A DNA stretch of 64,000 bases from an uncultured Nitrososphaeraceae archaeon (GCA_963825865.1 CAWGVG010000029.1:1-64000); one strand, 5' to 3'; shown: positions 37,678-50,079, numbered from the stretch's first letter. Numbers and translations: made by a program. The notes: generated by a model from the sequence alone, not told the origin.

Positions 37678-38477
37678 CAGCAGAAGCAGCTGTTGTTGTA
37701 GTCAATAACGTAGCGTATACCTACAACGCTTCTTTTCTTGTTTTAAATAATATTTCATTTACTGTAAATGAAGGCGACCTATTGGGAATAATCGGTCCTA
37801 ATGGTGCTGGTAAGAGTACATTGTTTAAGTGTATGCTTGGAATAGTCGAAAATTATAAAGGTCAGATTACAATATTTGGTGAAAATATCAGAAAAAATAT
37901 TAAAGTTCTTCAAGGAATTGGTTATATACCTCAGCAAAGATCAATTGAACAAACATTTCCTGCGACAGTCGAAGAAATCGTTTCATTAGGGATAACTCGA
38001 AAAAAGACTGATTCGTATTCAAAGAACAAAGAGAAAATAATTTCTGCCATTAAGACCGTCGACTTATCTCCACAGAAAAACAAAAGAATTGGTGAACTTT
38101 CTGGAGGACAACAACAAAGAGTACTTATTGCAAAATCACTGGTAAATGATCCTAAATTGTTGATCTTGGATGAACCTACTACAAGCGTTGATCAAGAAAC
38201 ACAAAATAAATTCTATGGTCTGATAAAGAAGATAAATAAGGAGAAAAAGATTTCTATCATCTGGGCTTCCCATGATCTGGATGCAGTAAGTAAATTGGCA
38301 AACAAGGTGGCTTGTATTAACAGGAGTATGTTCTTTCATGGTGATACACATGAATTCTTTGAAAATGAAAAATTGTTGAAAATCTATTCAGAGTCATCTA
38401 TGCAAGCACATATGCAAGTACATTTGAATAAGGATGATTTCAATAATAACAGTAACAACTACAATACTCGGGATTAA
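37665..38477 (+). CDS. znuC: Metal ABC transporter ATPase
   Basis: GPNGAGKS, LSGGQQQR, LDEP. Confidence 0.9.
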   Translation: MQKVAAEAAVVVVNNVAYTYNASFLVLNNISFTVNEGDLLGIIGPNGAGKSTLFKCMLGIVENYKGQITIFGENIRKNIKVLQGIGYIPQQRSIEQTFPATVEEIVSLGITRKKTDSYSKNKEKIISAIKTVDLSPQKNKRIGELSGGQQQRVLIAKSLVNDPKLLILDEPTTSVDQETQNKFYGLIKKINKEKKISIIWASHDLDAVSKLANKVACINRSMFFHGDTHEFFENEKLLKIYSESSMQAHMQVHLNKDDFNNNSNNYNTRD

Positions 38478-38483
38478 ATTATC

Positions 38484-39329
38484 ATGGTGTTTGAAATTCT
38501 TCAGTATGGATTTATGCAACGTGCGTTAATGTCAGGAGTAGCTGTGGCTATAACTTGCTCAACAATAGGATTGTTTCTGGTGTTAAGGCGACAATCATTA
38601 TTTGCTGATGCTCTATCCCATATGGCATTTGGAGGAATAGCTATTGGTTTATTTGCAAATTTGTATCCTATATGGACAGCGTTTATAGTTTCAATTTTTG
38701 CAGCATTAGGTATTACTAAATTAAGAGAATCCACAAAAATCCCTCCTGATTCTGCTGTTGCAGTATTATTGTCAGCTGGACTCGCAGTCGGAGTTGTATT
38801 GATAGGTCTATCTGGTGGCTTTACTCTTGATTTGTATAGTTTTCTGTTTGGAAACATTTTACTAATAAGCATCTCGGATCAGGAAATAATTTTGGTAGCA
38901 AGCGCTGTAATATTGTCGATATTATATTTCGTTTATCGAAAACTCATGTATGTTGCCTTTGACGAGGAACAGGCAAAGGTTAGTGGGATAAATGTTTCAA
39001 GGCTTAACTACCTTTTCATTGTACTTGCAAGCATAACCGTAATTGCATCAATACGATTGGTTGGTGTGCTGCTAATATCATCATTAATCGTAATCCCAAA
39101 TATTACCGCCATAATGTTTGGAAAGGGTTTCAAAAAAACTGCATTAATATCTATCTCAATTGCCATCTTATCAGTGTTAATAGGTATAGTAATTTCATAT
39201 ATTATGAATTTGGCTCCTGGAGGAACAATTGTCCTTGTGTCAGTGACTGCTTTTCTTGCAACTATAACTGCAAAGTATTTAATCAACAGAATTATTGGAA
39301 CAAGAAGAACAGTTGTTACTACTAGTTAG
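38484..39329 (+). CDS. znuB: Metal ABC transporter permease
   Basis: DALSH, FLFGNIL, FDEEQAK. Confidence 0.9.
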   Translation: MVFEILQYGFMQRALMSGVAVAITCSTIGLFLVLRRQSLFADALSHMAFGGIAIGLFANLYPIWTAFIVSIFAALGITKLRESTKIPPDSAVAVLLSAGLAVGVVLIGLSGGFTLDLYSFLFGNILLISISDQEIILVASAVILSILYFVYRKLMYVAFDEEQAKVSGINVSRLNYLFIVLASITVIASIRLVGVLLISSLIVIPNITAIMFGKGFKKTALISISIAILSVLIGIVISYIMNLAPGGTIVLVSVTAFLATITAKYLINRIIGTRRTVVTTS

Positions 39330-39837
39330 ATAGATGAACAGCGCTCTTTAAAGCCCTGTCGATATCTCTATGTCTTAAGACGTCATACCTTTTCTATGTG
39401 GGTATCAAGAAGAAACAAAACAACTTCAAAGTATATTTATTACACATTGCATCTATACTTTTCAGGTTTATGTTAACAATAACAACAAGGAAGATAATGC
39501 CTAACTTAGCGGTTACTATATACAAGAAGACCAAGAAGGAGATCTATCAAACAGAAAATTCTAATCCTTTTAAGAGTTTGACATTGAAGATTTGTTTGAG
39601 TTAAAGAAATTGCCTTTTGCAGTACCACACGTAAGACTGAGTGGTCTTTTGCTGCTAGTGTCATTTTATTTATTACCTTATCTATAAATACGCGCTTGCA
39701 CTTATTAAAAATATTGTTAATAATCAGTTATACAAATAATGGCTACGATAAACTAATCAACGTACGGGTACTACCAAGATTGACACTACAGATGCCTTGT
39801 AAAGAATGATGTAAATCAAATTAGAGAATGACTAAAC

Positions 39838-40896
39838 ATGTCAGTCCAACAAAAAGATGGACCGTATAAAATTAATTACAACATAAAAATGCCTCTGTTT
39901 TTCACTAGCCCAGTCGGTCTAGGTCATGCTACAAGAGATATTGCAATTGCTGAAAAACTAAAGGCAATGAGAAAGGAAATCATTTTTATTACTGGCGCAG
40001 GTGCATTTAGTTTAATTTCAAAGAAAGGTTTTTCTGTGCTTAATCTTTACGAACCTGTAAAGTTCTGTATAAAATCAGGAGAATTAAAAGAATCTTTCAA
40101 ATGGTTGATGAAATATCTTTCATATTACAAAAAATGCAAGATGATCGCAGAAGATCTTCTCAAAAAATACGATGGTCTGATAATAAGTGATGAAGATTTC
40201 GCTTCTATTGCTATTGGTGAGAAGATGGATCGGAGGCGAATTTTAATTACAGACATAACTGAGACGCACTTTACTACTAGCCTGCTTGCGTCAATAGTTG
40301 AAAAGAAGATGAATAAAATAATGCAAAAAATGATAGATAAATGCAATTATGTTATTATCCCCGCATACGGTGATGATAAAGATAATTTAGTTTATGTTGG
40401 ACCAATAGTTAGAGAAGTCAGTGCTGATAGGAACACTTTGCGTAAAAAATTTGGTTTTAATAAAAAGACTATTGTGATAAGTATAGGCGGAACCGATGCT
40501 GGAAGACATCTGATCGAAAAGTCGCTAGAAGTATACAGAAGACTCAGAAAAAAGATGGATATCGATCTCATAATTGTTTCAGGTCCATTAGTAAAAATGA
40601 CAGATTCTGCAGAATTCCACAATGCTGGATTTGTAGACAACTTACATGAATATATCTACGCAGCAGATTTAGTAATTTCTCTTGCAGGAAGATCAACCAT
40701 GGATGAATCAATTGTATACGGCACACCTGGGATATTTATTCCCATAAAAAACCATTTTGAACAACAAGAAGGTGCAAAGCGTCTAGGCTACAGGTATGAA
40801 GATATTTTTAGACTTGATGCTCTTATTGAGGAGAAACTCGGTTCACGTAGTAATGTTGTAGTAAATTCGGACGGCGCAGAAAAGGCTCTAAAATAA
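39838..40896 (+). CDS. Glycosyltransferase (GT28/MurG-like)
   Basis: GLGHATR, ADLVISLAGRST, HFEQ. Confidence 0.85.
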   Translation: MSVQQKDGPYKINYNIKMPLFFTSPVGLGHATRDIAIAEKLKAMRKEIIFITGAGAFSLISKKGFSVLNLYEPVKFCIKSGELKESFKWLMKYLSYYKKCKMIAEDLLKKYDGLIISDEDFASIAIGEKMDRRRILITDITETHFTTSLLASIVEKKMNKIMQKMIDKCNYVIIPAYGDDKDNLVYVGPIVREVSADRNTLRKKFGFNKKTIVISIGGTDAGRHLIEKSLEVYRRLRKKMDIDLIIVSGPLVKMTDSAEFHNAGFVDNLHEYIYAADLVISLAGRSTMDESIVYGTPGIFIPIKNHFEQQEGAKRLGYRYEDIFRLDALIEEKLGSRSNVVVNSDGAEKALK

Positions 40897-41335
40897 TTTT
40901 AAAATTGTTTTGAATATCAATATCAATCTATCGAAATTATTATTCTTGTCTGTGAGTTAAAAGATAGTTTGTCGCTATTCTGTACATCTATTCTTCTTTT
41001 TCTTGGGCAAGGCCCTAGTCAAAGCCCTTGAACCAAAACGGACCCCTTGCCTATCGTCTTTTCGCAGACCGACTGCTAGCAATAGTAAATGTCATAATTA
41101 GCAACAAAAAATTACTTATTATCTGGTATGCTACTTAACAGTAGATCTACAGTACTTGTCGCAGGCTAACCTGTTCCAACACTTTCTGTTGCTGTTGTAT
41201 TTTAGTAATGAGAAGTTCAGAGAAAACTTTGGCAAATTTACAGGATTAATATATACTTTTTTCAGGTTTGTAGTCCAATTATCATTTATTGCATTATACA
41301 CTTTAAATAAACAGATTTATTATTCTTATTATAAT

Positions 41336-41950
41336 ATGTTCAAACTTATTTCATTGCTATGCATTGCAATGATAATGATTTCTTTATCTTTGATCGCTAA
41401 TTGTTCTACTACTATATCACAAGCATCAGCTCTTTTCGATATAACATCTCCAACAGCCAACATCAATACTAATAATTTCTTAACGTACCAAGACTCTACT
41501 TTAGGAATAAAAATAGATTATCCTGCTGGTTGGACACATGAACTTCATGCTGGTAGTATTGTTACCTTTCTTGCAAGTCTAGAAAGCCATTCAAATACAT
41601 ACCCTGCAGGACTCGGAATAAAAGTTCAACATCTAAAATCAAAAAACATATCATTAAATAATATCACAAAGATACAAATCAAGAACTTAACACAAAGCCA
41701 TCCTGATTTTAAACTTATCGAATCAACAGAATCTAAGATAGGAGGTAATAGTGGGCACAAGATAGTATTCACAGCGACAGACAATAAGAAAAATGAAAGA
41801 AAAGCAATGCAAATTTGGGCACTAAGAGGAGATAAGGCATACCTCATTACATATAAAGCAGAGCCCGGAGAATACGCTAAATACTTACCACTGATACAAA
41901 AAATGGTTGATTCTTTTCAATTTACTCGGTATGATTCAGAAGAAAGATAA
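41336..41950 (+). CDS. Secreted PsbP-like protein
   Basis: Signal peptide, GIKIDYPAGW, KAYLITY, QKMVDSF. Confidence 0.75.
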   Translation: MFKLISLLCIAMIMISLSLIANCSTTISQASALFDITSPTANINTNNFLTYQDSTLGIKIDYPAGWTHELHAGSIVTFLASLESHSNTYPAGLGIKVQHLKSKNISLNNITKIQIKNLTQSHPDFKLIESTESKIGGNSGHKIVFTATDNKKNERKAMQIWALRGDKAYLITYKAEPGEYAKYLPLIQKMVDSFQFTRYDSEER

Positions 41951-42200
41951 AATAAAGTATGGAACAACAACCATACCTTATTACATTATTAAAAGTAAAC
42001 GCATCAAAACTTCTGAAATCATAGTAGATGTATACAACATTACGATAAGGCCCCCGATTAAGATCTGTCCGAAATTCATAGAACCCGTTTTAGATAAAGC
42101 CACCTGGATATTGAACAAACAGAAAGAATACAAAGAAACGATCCCTACAAATCATACAACCATCATTTGAAGAAAATTCGACTTTATGGAACGCAGCCAC
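41945..42200 (+). pseudogene. M48/YgjP metallopeptidase N-terminal fragment
   Basis: IPYYIIKSKRIKTSEIIV...KATWILNKQ. Confidence 0.6.
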
Positions 42201-42709
42201 ATTCTAGGCTTATCATCACAAATTTAGATAATACTCTATATGAAGTACAAGACCACAATGCGAGTACAAGATTACAGCTACTACGTAAAAGATACAACAC
42301 ATTCAAAAGATTGAAATACAAATACGTTGCTGTTAGTATTCTAGACTGACTCGTTTCTTTAGGTCTTGAAGGCCACTATTTGGTTATTACAAGCATGGTA
42401 GCTTTAGGTCTTACTCTGAATTACTCATATTGTAGTTTCCCAGATTTATCTATGACAAACCTAACTGTGATTAATTTTACTGTTTTTACCAAATCGACTA
42501 ATAGGATGGGTTCTCTCCGAAAAACAGTCAGCCGCTTCTAATGTTCGAAATAACTTATTAAATTGATTACGGTATTCCTTATATTCTATGACGGCTGGTA
42601 TAACCATTTTAAGATCAAACCTATAAAAAATATAAAAATTAATCTGATATCAATATATATTGCAATACCTAACCATTAGACTTAACTGGCTCCTCTTTGC
42701 AGTATTGAT

Positions 42710-44110
42710 ATGTCAAATTCACAGGTTGCTTCTGCTAAAACAATTATAGAAGGCCAACCACTCGTGGTAAGGATTAACGGCACGCTACCAGATATTTCTA
42801 CACTAGGCAGTGAGGAAAAGTCAGAAAGAGCAGCAGAGATAAAACGGCAAGGTACAAGTACAAACACTTCTTGCTCACTATTTGCCAAGATTGAAACAGA
42901 CCAGGAAATTTTTCATATGCTTGTTGATATAGGTCAAGGCATAGTCAAGAGTATCGGGAAAGGTGCCTCTGACCTTGGGTTTAAGTCATCATCATCATTT
43001 ATTCCCAATGCTCTATTAATAACCCATTCACATGACGATCATATTAAAGAACTACCTGTGTTGGTTAACAAAGTTAATGAGGAAGATGAGTCGAGTAGGA
43101 AGAATTTGAAGATATTCTGTACCGTGGAATGCCAAGATCAAATCATCAAAAAGTTCCCACAACTATCTGAAAAAACAAGTAATAATAGTAATAGGATATC
43201 GTTTAATATAATACAGCCAGACGAAACTTTTAAAGTAGGTCCATTTTCAGTAATGCCAATTTCAGCAGATCATGGCGATAATTCTCCGCCTGGTTCTGTC
43301 ATCTACATAGTGAAATTGCTAGATAGAAAAAAAATAATAATTGGCTGGGATTTTCTTTCATTACCTAATGCAAATCCAAATTTGTTCTGGAAGCCAGATC
43401 TACTTATCTTAGGTACCCAAAGTTACAACCCCCACCCCAAGACAGGAATGATCTCTGTATCTGATGCATATGATTTAGTAAGAAGATGGAATGCAAAGGA
43501 ATGCTACATCGTACACTATAGGGGCTTGCTTGACTTTGAAGAGGCATCAAATCAATGGTTTAGAGGTCCCGTAAAGGCTATGACAACTGACGAACTTCAA
43601 AGTGTGATCGACTCACATCTTCAAGTCACAGGAGACAATGGCAAATTTAGAATAACAGTGGCCAAAGAAGGAATGGTTTGGACTGGAAAAGAAGAACAGA
43701 TAGGCTATGATGAAAGCGCCCTTGTAGGTAAGGTACTTGAAATTGAAAGCCTTCAGAAATATATTCTGAAGATTGAAAATGTGGATAGAGATCATAAACT
43801 GAAACTTATGGTGGAAGATACGGTTAACAGGTTTAATTTCGAATTTGTTAGACCTAGTAAAGATGAAAATAGTGATGATATTCTATCTGCTCAAGGAGAG
43901 AAGGGCATGATGGCTAAGGGCCCACAGTTAAGGATGGAAATAGTTCCATCAAAGTCGCAAGATGAATCTTCTATTATCAGAATAAGGGTATCTCGAGGAG
44001 CGAAGAAGGATGTATTCAAAGACGATATATATGTAAGCAATAATGATGCACAAAGGCTGAGGAGATTCATCAAAGAAAACTTTGCTCCCATCGTTTCCAC
44101 AGTAAAATAA
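42710..44110 (+). CDS. Metallo-beta-lactamase-fold hydrolase with a C-terminal extension
   Basis: THSHDDH motif, VDIG, ADHG, VHY. Confidence 0.85.
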   Translation: MSNSQVASAKTIIEGQPLVVRINGTLPDISTLGSEEKSERAAEIKRQGTSTNTSCSLFAKIETDQEIFHMLVDIGQGIVKSIGKGASDLGFKSSSSFIPNALLITHSHDDHIKELPVLVNKVNEEDESSRKNLKIFCTVECQDQIIKKFPQLSEKTSNNSNRISFNIIQPDETFKVGPFSVMPISADHGDNSPPGSVIYIVKLLDRKKIIIGWDFLSLPNANPNLFWKPDLLILGTQSYNPHPKTGMISVSDAYDLVRRWNAKECYIVHYRGLLDFEEASNQWFRGPVKAMTTDELQSVIDSHLQVTGDNGKFRITVAKEGMVWTGKEEQIGYDESALVGKVLEIESLQKYILKIENVDRDHKLKLMVEDTVNRFNFEFVRPSKDENSDDILSAQGEKGMMAKGPQLRMEIVPSKSQDESSIIRIRVSRGAKKDVFKDDIYVSNNDAQRLRRFIKENFAPIVSTVK

Positions 44111-44684
44111 AGCTCGGATTTTCTATTTCTTTCTCCCTATCTCCCATTAGTTAAATCCTGCCATATCGCCTCTATACAAGTGGTCAGGACATGAGCAATT
44201 CCAGCCTAGTTCCTTCGCATTGACATTGCAGGAACTATTACCAGATTGTGAATTTACTGTCTAGGACTACATTATGAATAAGTTAATTGTATGTTTGCTT
44301 TAGAGGATCCTAATCTATGAAAAGAATCTAAAATGAGATAACCTCTGTAAGAGCATAGAAAGAATGCTTTTTTTTCCTTTTTCTGTTGTTAAGTCGTCCC
44401 ACATATCTTGTATCTAATTGAAAAATTTCATCTAATCATATAGGTATATAGCAATATAATAGTTGGTTGTTTGGCTGTATTCCATGAGTTTGACAATACT
44501 GTCAGTTTTCAAGCTTTACTATATACTGAGAATATATCGTTCTCTAACAACTTTTATAATGTATACACTGATATTGATTGATTAACAAAAATCGTCCCCT
44601 TAACATTTAGATGTACTAGATTCTATTAATACTTCTATTACTTAGCATTATATTACAACCAAAAGATTAATCGCACCAATTCAG

Positions 44685-45071
44685 TTAGGTTATAGGAATA
44701 TTGCTTGATTTTGGAATTGGAATTATTAATGTTACAACACCATCTTCATACTTTGCTGTTCCAACTACTTTTTCGTCATTATTAATCGAAATCGGTAATA
44801 CCACTTTCTTGTCTAATCTGGTAGGTCTATGTCTATAATACACAGTACCAAGATTTTCCTCAAGTTCTTTTTTTGCAGTAATTGACAATATGTTTTCGAT
44901 TATTCTAAGGTTTATATCCTTCTTTGCGAAACCCGGTAAGTCAATCATAATGATCAAATCATTTCCATTTTCTACCATATCAATGGCCGGCATTACAAAT
45001 TCATAGAATTCTCTTGATCTATTACCTAATTCCTTCATAACCTCTTTTGCCATGTATTGTCCTAGACCCAT
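44685..45071 (-). CDS. Small heat-shock protein (Hsp20 family)
   Basis: IDLPGF, AKYEDGVVTL, C-terminal IPI. Confidence 0.9.
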   Translation of the reverse strand: MGLGQYMAKEVMKELGNRSREFYEFVMPAIDMVENGNDLIIMIDLPGFAKKDINLRIIENILSITAKKELEENLGTVYYRHRPTRLDKKVVLPISINNDEKVVGTAKYEDGVVTLIIPIPKSSNIPIT

Positions 45072-45561
45072 GTGTATTAACTTCCCTTATTGATATAAAT
45101 CCTTTCTTTTAAAATTCATAATGCTTTATATATATTCATAGCCTATAACGCTTGAAATAGATTCAAAAGATACCCTATAGCCTACTAAATATAATATGAT
45201 AATATGTCACCAGATACAAAATGTGCTTGTATATGCGTTCTGATATCATGACTTGCATGACTTGTTTTCTTCTCTGTAACGATCTGCATCTCGCTGTTCA
45301 AACGTTTATACAAAACTTCTGTTTGATTCGTAAATGTGCTTGTTTACAGCGTCCTAGAAAATACCATTAGGATCTTTGTCAATATCTTGGATATTATTTT
45401 CAGCATTAGATGAAATAGATAATCCAAAAGATTTTACTCTGCTATAGAAGCTTAATTTCCCTTAATTCCAACACAGTAAAGAATAATCAAACTCGGCTGG
45501 CACAGCCGCGATGCTATTGATACTGTTTCTATACTCTAGTTCATATTGTATTTTTGAAACA

Positions 45562-46651
45562 CTAATCAAGCACGATTAGATCTTTTGTGAACATATTGAG
45601 GTTCTTTACTTTTCCCCCATTAATACTAGTATTTACTATAATGCTGTCTTCAATTCTTACTCCAAACTTATCTTTTAAGTATATTCCAGGTTCGATTGTT
45701 ACTGCCATATTTGTTTTCAATATTTCTTGATTTTTCATGTGCAACCATGGCGGTTCATGGACGTCAAGACCAATTCCATGTCCTGTTGAATGAATAAAGT
45801 ATTTAGCATAGCCTTCCTTGTCAATTACATATCTGCAGGCGTCGTCTACCTGCTCACATGTGACTCCATCCTTTGCTGCGTTTAGACCTGCCTGCTGAGA
45901 TTGTTTAATGATGCTATACACTTTTTTCATCTCAGACGTTGCTGAAACTAGAGCAAAAGTTCTTGTTGCGTCAGCTATATAGCCAGCATATCTTAAGGTC
46001 AGGTCGACGACAATCATATCACCTTTTATGAATTTGCGGTCAGAAACTTCTGCATGTGGTAGAGCACCATTTGGACCTCCTGCAATAATCAATGGATTCA
46101 ATGTCGATATATAAGATGGCGGATTTGCACCCATTTTCATGGCTTCAAAAATTAATTTTGCCTGCAAATCGCGTTCTGACAATCCAACCTTGATCTCTTC
46201 GGTGCAAATTTGGTACAGAGTGTCTATAATTCCGGCTGTTTTCGAAATTGTTTTGATTTCTTGTTCATCTTTAATTCTTCTGGTCTCAAAGAATGGTTCA
46301 TTATTAACAGCAAATGATTTCTCACAAGTTTTATTTCGAATAGCTTCGATGGTAGAATAATCGCTACAATCTGTGCATATTATTTTTCCATTAACTTCAG
46401 AAATAAAAGTAGAAATCAAATCGCTACCTCTTTCTGTTGAAACGATCTCGCAGTCTTTGGACGACCGTTGAGCTCTGTCGACTTCTAACTTAGGTGCAAT
46501 TAGTTTAGTTTCATCATCAGTACAAATGACCACTGCTTCTCCCCAGAAGTCTGTAAGGTAGAAAACATTTTCAGGTTGAAAAGCGAGCTACTGCATTATA
46601 TCCAACTTTACTGGCGTGTTGCAAAAGAGTCGACCGTCGTTCTTTCCTCAT
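45562..46651 (-). CDS. Xaa-Pro aminopeptidase M24 (frameshift near 46590)
   Basis: PH, D..D.TRT, HSTGHGIGLDVHE, EPG, RIED. Confidence 0.9.
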
Positions 46652-46747
46652 TATTTAGAATAGCATGTATAATCCAGTTTATCATCTTTGCTGAATGTTT
46701 AAAGTAATTATATAAATATCGGTGGATGCCCGTGTAATTGAAATAAC

Positions 46748-47893
46748 ATGGAATATTTGGTTATGCTACCCGGTCCTACAAACGTATCCAATAGAGTTAT
46801 GAATGCAATGCTTTCGCCCATAATTAATCACAGAAGTGATGATTTTCGTGTATTGTATAAGGCTATTGTCGAAAAGACACAAAAAGTCTTCAATACAAAG
46901 AATGATGTCATTCTACTGACAAGTTCTGGAACTGGAGTAGTAGAAGCATCTGTCGTTAACCTGATTAGAAAAGGTGACAAGGTGGTTATCCCTGTTAACG
47001 GTGAATTCGGTACTCGGCTTGCAGATTTAATTGATAGCTGGGGAGGTCAGGCGATCAGAATCAACGCTCCATTTGGAGAAAATCCTCCATTTGAAAAGAT
47101 CGAGGAAGCCTTTGACCGAAATAAAGATGTTAAGGCCATATATGCAGTTTACAATGAAACGTCCACTGGTACTACACTTCGCTATATGGACAAGATAGGC
47201 GAACTATGGAGCAGAAAGGATGCATTCTTTATTGCAGATGCAGTTTCAATTCTAGGTGGTGACGAATTACCAGTTGATAAATGGAATGTCGATATCTGTG
47301 TAACTGCTTCACAAAAGGCGCTGGCTGCGCCACCAGGGGTCTCTCCAATGTCAATTAGTCCACGAACAAAGAAACATATGCAGTCTAATCCACCCCCAAC
47401 CCAGTATTTTAATCTAAAGCGATATTTCAAGTATTATGAAGAACATGTTGAAATGCCATTCACGCCAGCACTTCCTCTCTTCTATGCATTCAATGAAGCG
47501 CTTGATATGGTTCTAGAAGAAGGAATGGATAAAAGAATCAAACGTCACAGGATATGTGCGGAAGCTTTCTACGCAGGTCTGAATGCAATGGGGTTAACGC
47601 CATTTGCCAAGCCAAATGCACGAAGCAACGTGGTAATAGCAGTTAACTATTTGCCGGGAATGGAGGACAAGAAATTCAGAGGATTGCTCTCAGAAGAATT
47701 CCGGGTTCTTATTGCGGGTGGATTTGGTGACCTGAAGGGTAAGGTATTCAGAGTTGGATCTATGGGAGAAGTCAGCAAGTATCATGTAATGAGAACGCTG
47801 TCATCTATTGCATCTACGATGAATATGCTCGGGTTAAAATCAAATCCAGAAGCAATGTCTATTGCGCTAGAAAAGATAAAAGCTCTATCGTGA
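46748..47893 (+). CDS. Class V aminotransferase (serine-pyruvate/alanine-glyoxylate type)
   Basis: LPGPT, NETSTG, DAVS, SQKALAAPPG, FRVGSMG. Confidence 0.92.
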   Translation: MEYLVMLPGPTNVSNRVMNAMLSPIINHRSDDFRVLYKAIVEKTQKVFNTKNDVILLTSSGTGVVEASVVNLIRKGDKVVIPVNGEFGTRLADLIDSWGGQAIRINAPFGENPPFEKIEEAFDRNKDVKAIYAVYNETSTGTTLRYMDKIGELWSRKDAFFIADAVSILGGDELPVDKWNVDICVTASQKALAAPPGVSPMSISPRTKKHMQSNPPPTQYFNLKRYFKYYEEHVEMPFTPALPLFYAFNEALDMVLEEGMDKRIKRHRICAEAFYAGLNAMGLTPFAKPNARSNVVIAVNYLPGMEDKKFRGLLSEEFRVLIAGGFGDLKGKVFRVGSMGEVSKYHVMRTLSSIASTMNMLGLKSNPEAMSIALEKIKALS

Positions 47894-48426
47894 TCTTGTT
47901 ACATACGAGTATTGCAGGAAATATGATGTAACCCGAAGATATGTTATCTGTCATTAGCGTCACGGAAATGGTATTATTAATCGATTAAACTCGTCCCATA
48001 AAAATGGCTATTCTTTTTTCTTTATCTCCCAATTTCAATGTTTCACAAGCAATTATCAGAAAATCAGGTAACTGGTGAGACTCTTTCAATCCAAACTCCT
48101 CAAAAGAAATCTAAAACCTGGAATCTGCAAGATTTGAATAACGAATGTTAATTACAGAAAACTTTTATCGAATACTAATAAGCGTGGAAAGGGTATATGA
48201 CTATATCTGTGTGCAAACAGGATACGTAGTAGGGTAAGACTTACGAAATATTCTTACTAGTACATGGAGAAACCTCGTAGGGTAGGTGAGAGTCATCTTG
48301 CCTAGTCTACATGGTGATATATTATTAGTAAACGTGTTATTGATGCAGATATATACGACCTTTTTCAATCACCGTGTTCTACTTTATTAGCTGCTGTGCA
48401 GTTTTCATCAAACAGGTCTTTAACAT

Positions 48427-48705
48427 ATGGGTAGAACTATTCCTTCATTTCGAATAGCCAGAATGATGGAAGAAAACGAATGGAAAGTGTTTCACAAAAG
48501 TTTGAATAAATCAGACAGAAAGGTGTTCGACAACATGTTTGATATCGCTCATTTGTATAATTCAGCTTGCTCTTATATTGCTAATCCTATAAGGATAAAT
48601 CCAATTTTTATATCTATTATCTTTCATCACTACGAACAACTTACAATGATTGCTAAACAAATAGAAGCAAACACACAAAAAGACCCATCGTCTGAGCCTT
48701 TTTAA
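48427..48705 (+). CDS. Small conserved archaeal protein (MGRTIPSFR family, often PolB2-associated)
   Basis: N-terminal MGRTIPSFR motif. Confidence 0.65.
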   Translation: MGRTIPSFRIARMMEENEWKVFHKSLNKSDRKVFDNMFDIAHLYNSACSYIANPIRINPIFISIIFHHYEQLTMIAKQIEANTQKDPSSEPF

Positions 48706-49241
48706 TTATTATAGTCTCTCTACATTTGCACAATAAGGTGTACCTTCCCATATAATACAGACTTTCCTTTTCATAAGTAGAACGCTGGAACTGCAATAAA
48801 GAATTATGATGAGGCCTTCTTCACTCTACTTGAAATTTATATGTAGTATCTGCGAAATGAGGATTAGGCATAAGGAATAACAAGAGTGGCAGTATTCAGC
48901 TATTCAAGAACCCCATCAAGTGTGTATAGGCATACATCATAGCTCTAAAGAAGCATCTATTCTTTCAATTTTATCAATGTTGTAGTATTCCTGTCTTTCT
49001 ATCCAAGTTGTAAAGCTAAGGGAGAGATACCCTTAATTGCCAAAGCAATGAACAACAAGCTACTATAGAACAAGAACAAACAATGAACGGCAATAATAGT
49101 ACAGCCTCCGCGACAGGATCAATCTCACAATCTGCAAGTAATTCGGTCCAATAAACCACTTAGCTTCGGTGGCTTGAATTTTTTTATCTGTATCTATGAA
49201 TATTATATTATTCGTGCCTGCAGAGAAAAGTAAGAAACAAA

Positions 49242-49565
49242 CACAATATAATACTATAATAATTTAAAACATTCTGCTATCGAAAACCTTTTAGCTATGT
49301 GCGTAGTACATTCTACTAGTATGGCTAGTAGTACCATTGCTGCTACGACGGATATGACTGTAAAACTAGGGATTACTTTACAAATCAATAATGCTGAAGA
49401 TCGACCAAAAGCGTGGCGATATCCCTAGGAGTAGGTATATTCGGAGAGCAATTGAAAGATACCTTGGCAATAGTAGTAAAACATAGACAGTATTGATTAC
49501 AAAGCGACAGAAAACGAACGACATTGAGAATAGTATTATGCCATTTGTAAGTACTATTGGTTTTG
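49242..49565. repeat. Diverged duplicate of 51528-51831 (promoter, RHH gene, start of FUN14-like gene)
   Basis: Shared cacaatataatactataataatttaa...gccatttgtaagtactattg. Confidence 0.85.
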
Positions 49566-49665
49566 TCGGTGCAGTAGTAACAGACAGAGTATAAAAAATG
49601 AATGAAATTGACTTGCTAATTTTATTAATCAGCAAGTATGAATTGTCTACTGAGTGAATCGATAA

Positions 49666-50079
49666 TTGCCAACAATAGTTCATTTTGAAATACCTGCAGA
49701 CGATGTTGAAAGGGCAAAGAAATTTTATAATGATCTCTTTAGATGGAAAATAGAAAAGTGGCCTGGATCTACTGATGATAGTCAGCTAACCTCTGCAGCA
49801 ACAGGTCAGCCAATGGAATATTGGATGATAACAACTACAGATGATAAAGGAAACAAAGCATTAGGGGGAGGAATGATGAAAAGACAAATACCAGAGCATC
49901 AGGTAACTAATTATATCAATGTAAATTCAGTAGACGAATACTCATCTAAAGTGGAGATGCTAGGAGGTAAAGTAGTTGCTTCTAAACATGCAGTACCAGG
50001 AATGGGTTACTTTGCACTTTGTCTTGATACAGAAAACAATAGTTTCGCTATATGGGAGTCCAATGAGAACGCTAAGTGA
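49666..50079 (+). CDS. VOC/glyoxalase family protein
   Basis: VHFEIPADD, GGGMMKR, DTENN. Confidence 0.9.
   Translation: MPTIVHFEIPADDVERAKKFYNDLFRWKIEKWPGSTDDSQLTSAATGQPMEYWMITTTDDKGNKALGGGMMKRQIPEHQVTNYINVNSVDEYSSKVEMLGGKVVASKHAVPGMGYFALCLDTENNSFAIWESNENAK

Noticed and set aside
41006-41051. GGCAAGG...CCTTGCC inverted repeat as an ncRNA
   Set aside because: Single short stem with no further support from the sequence alone
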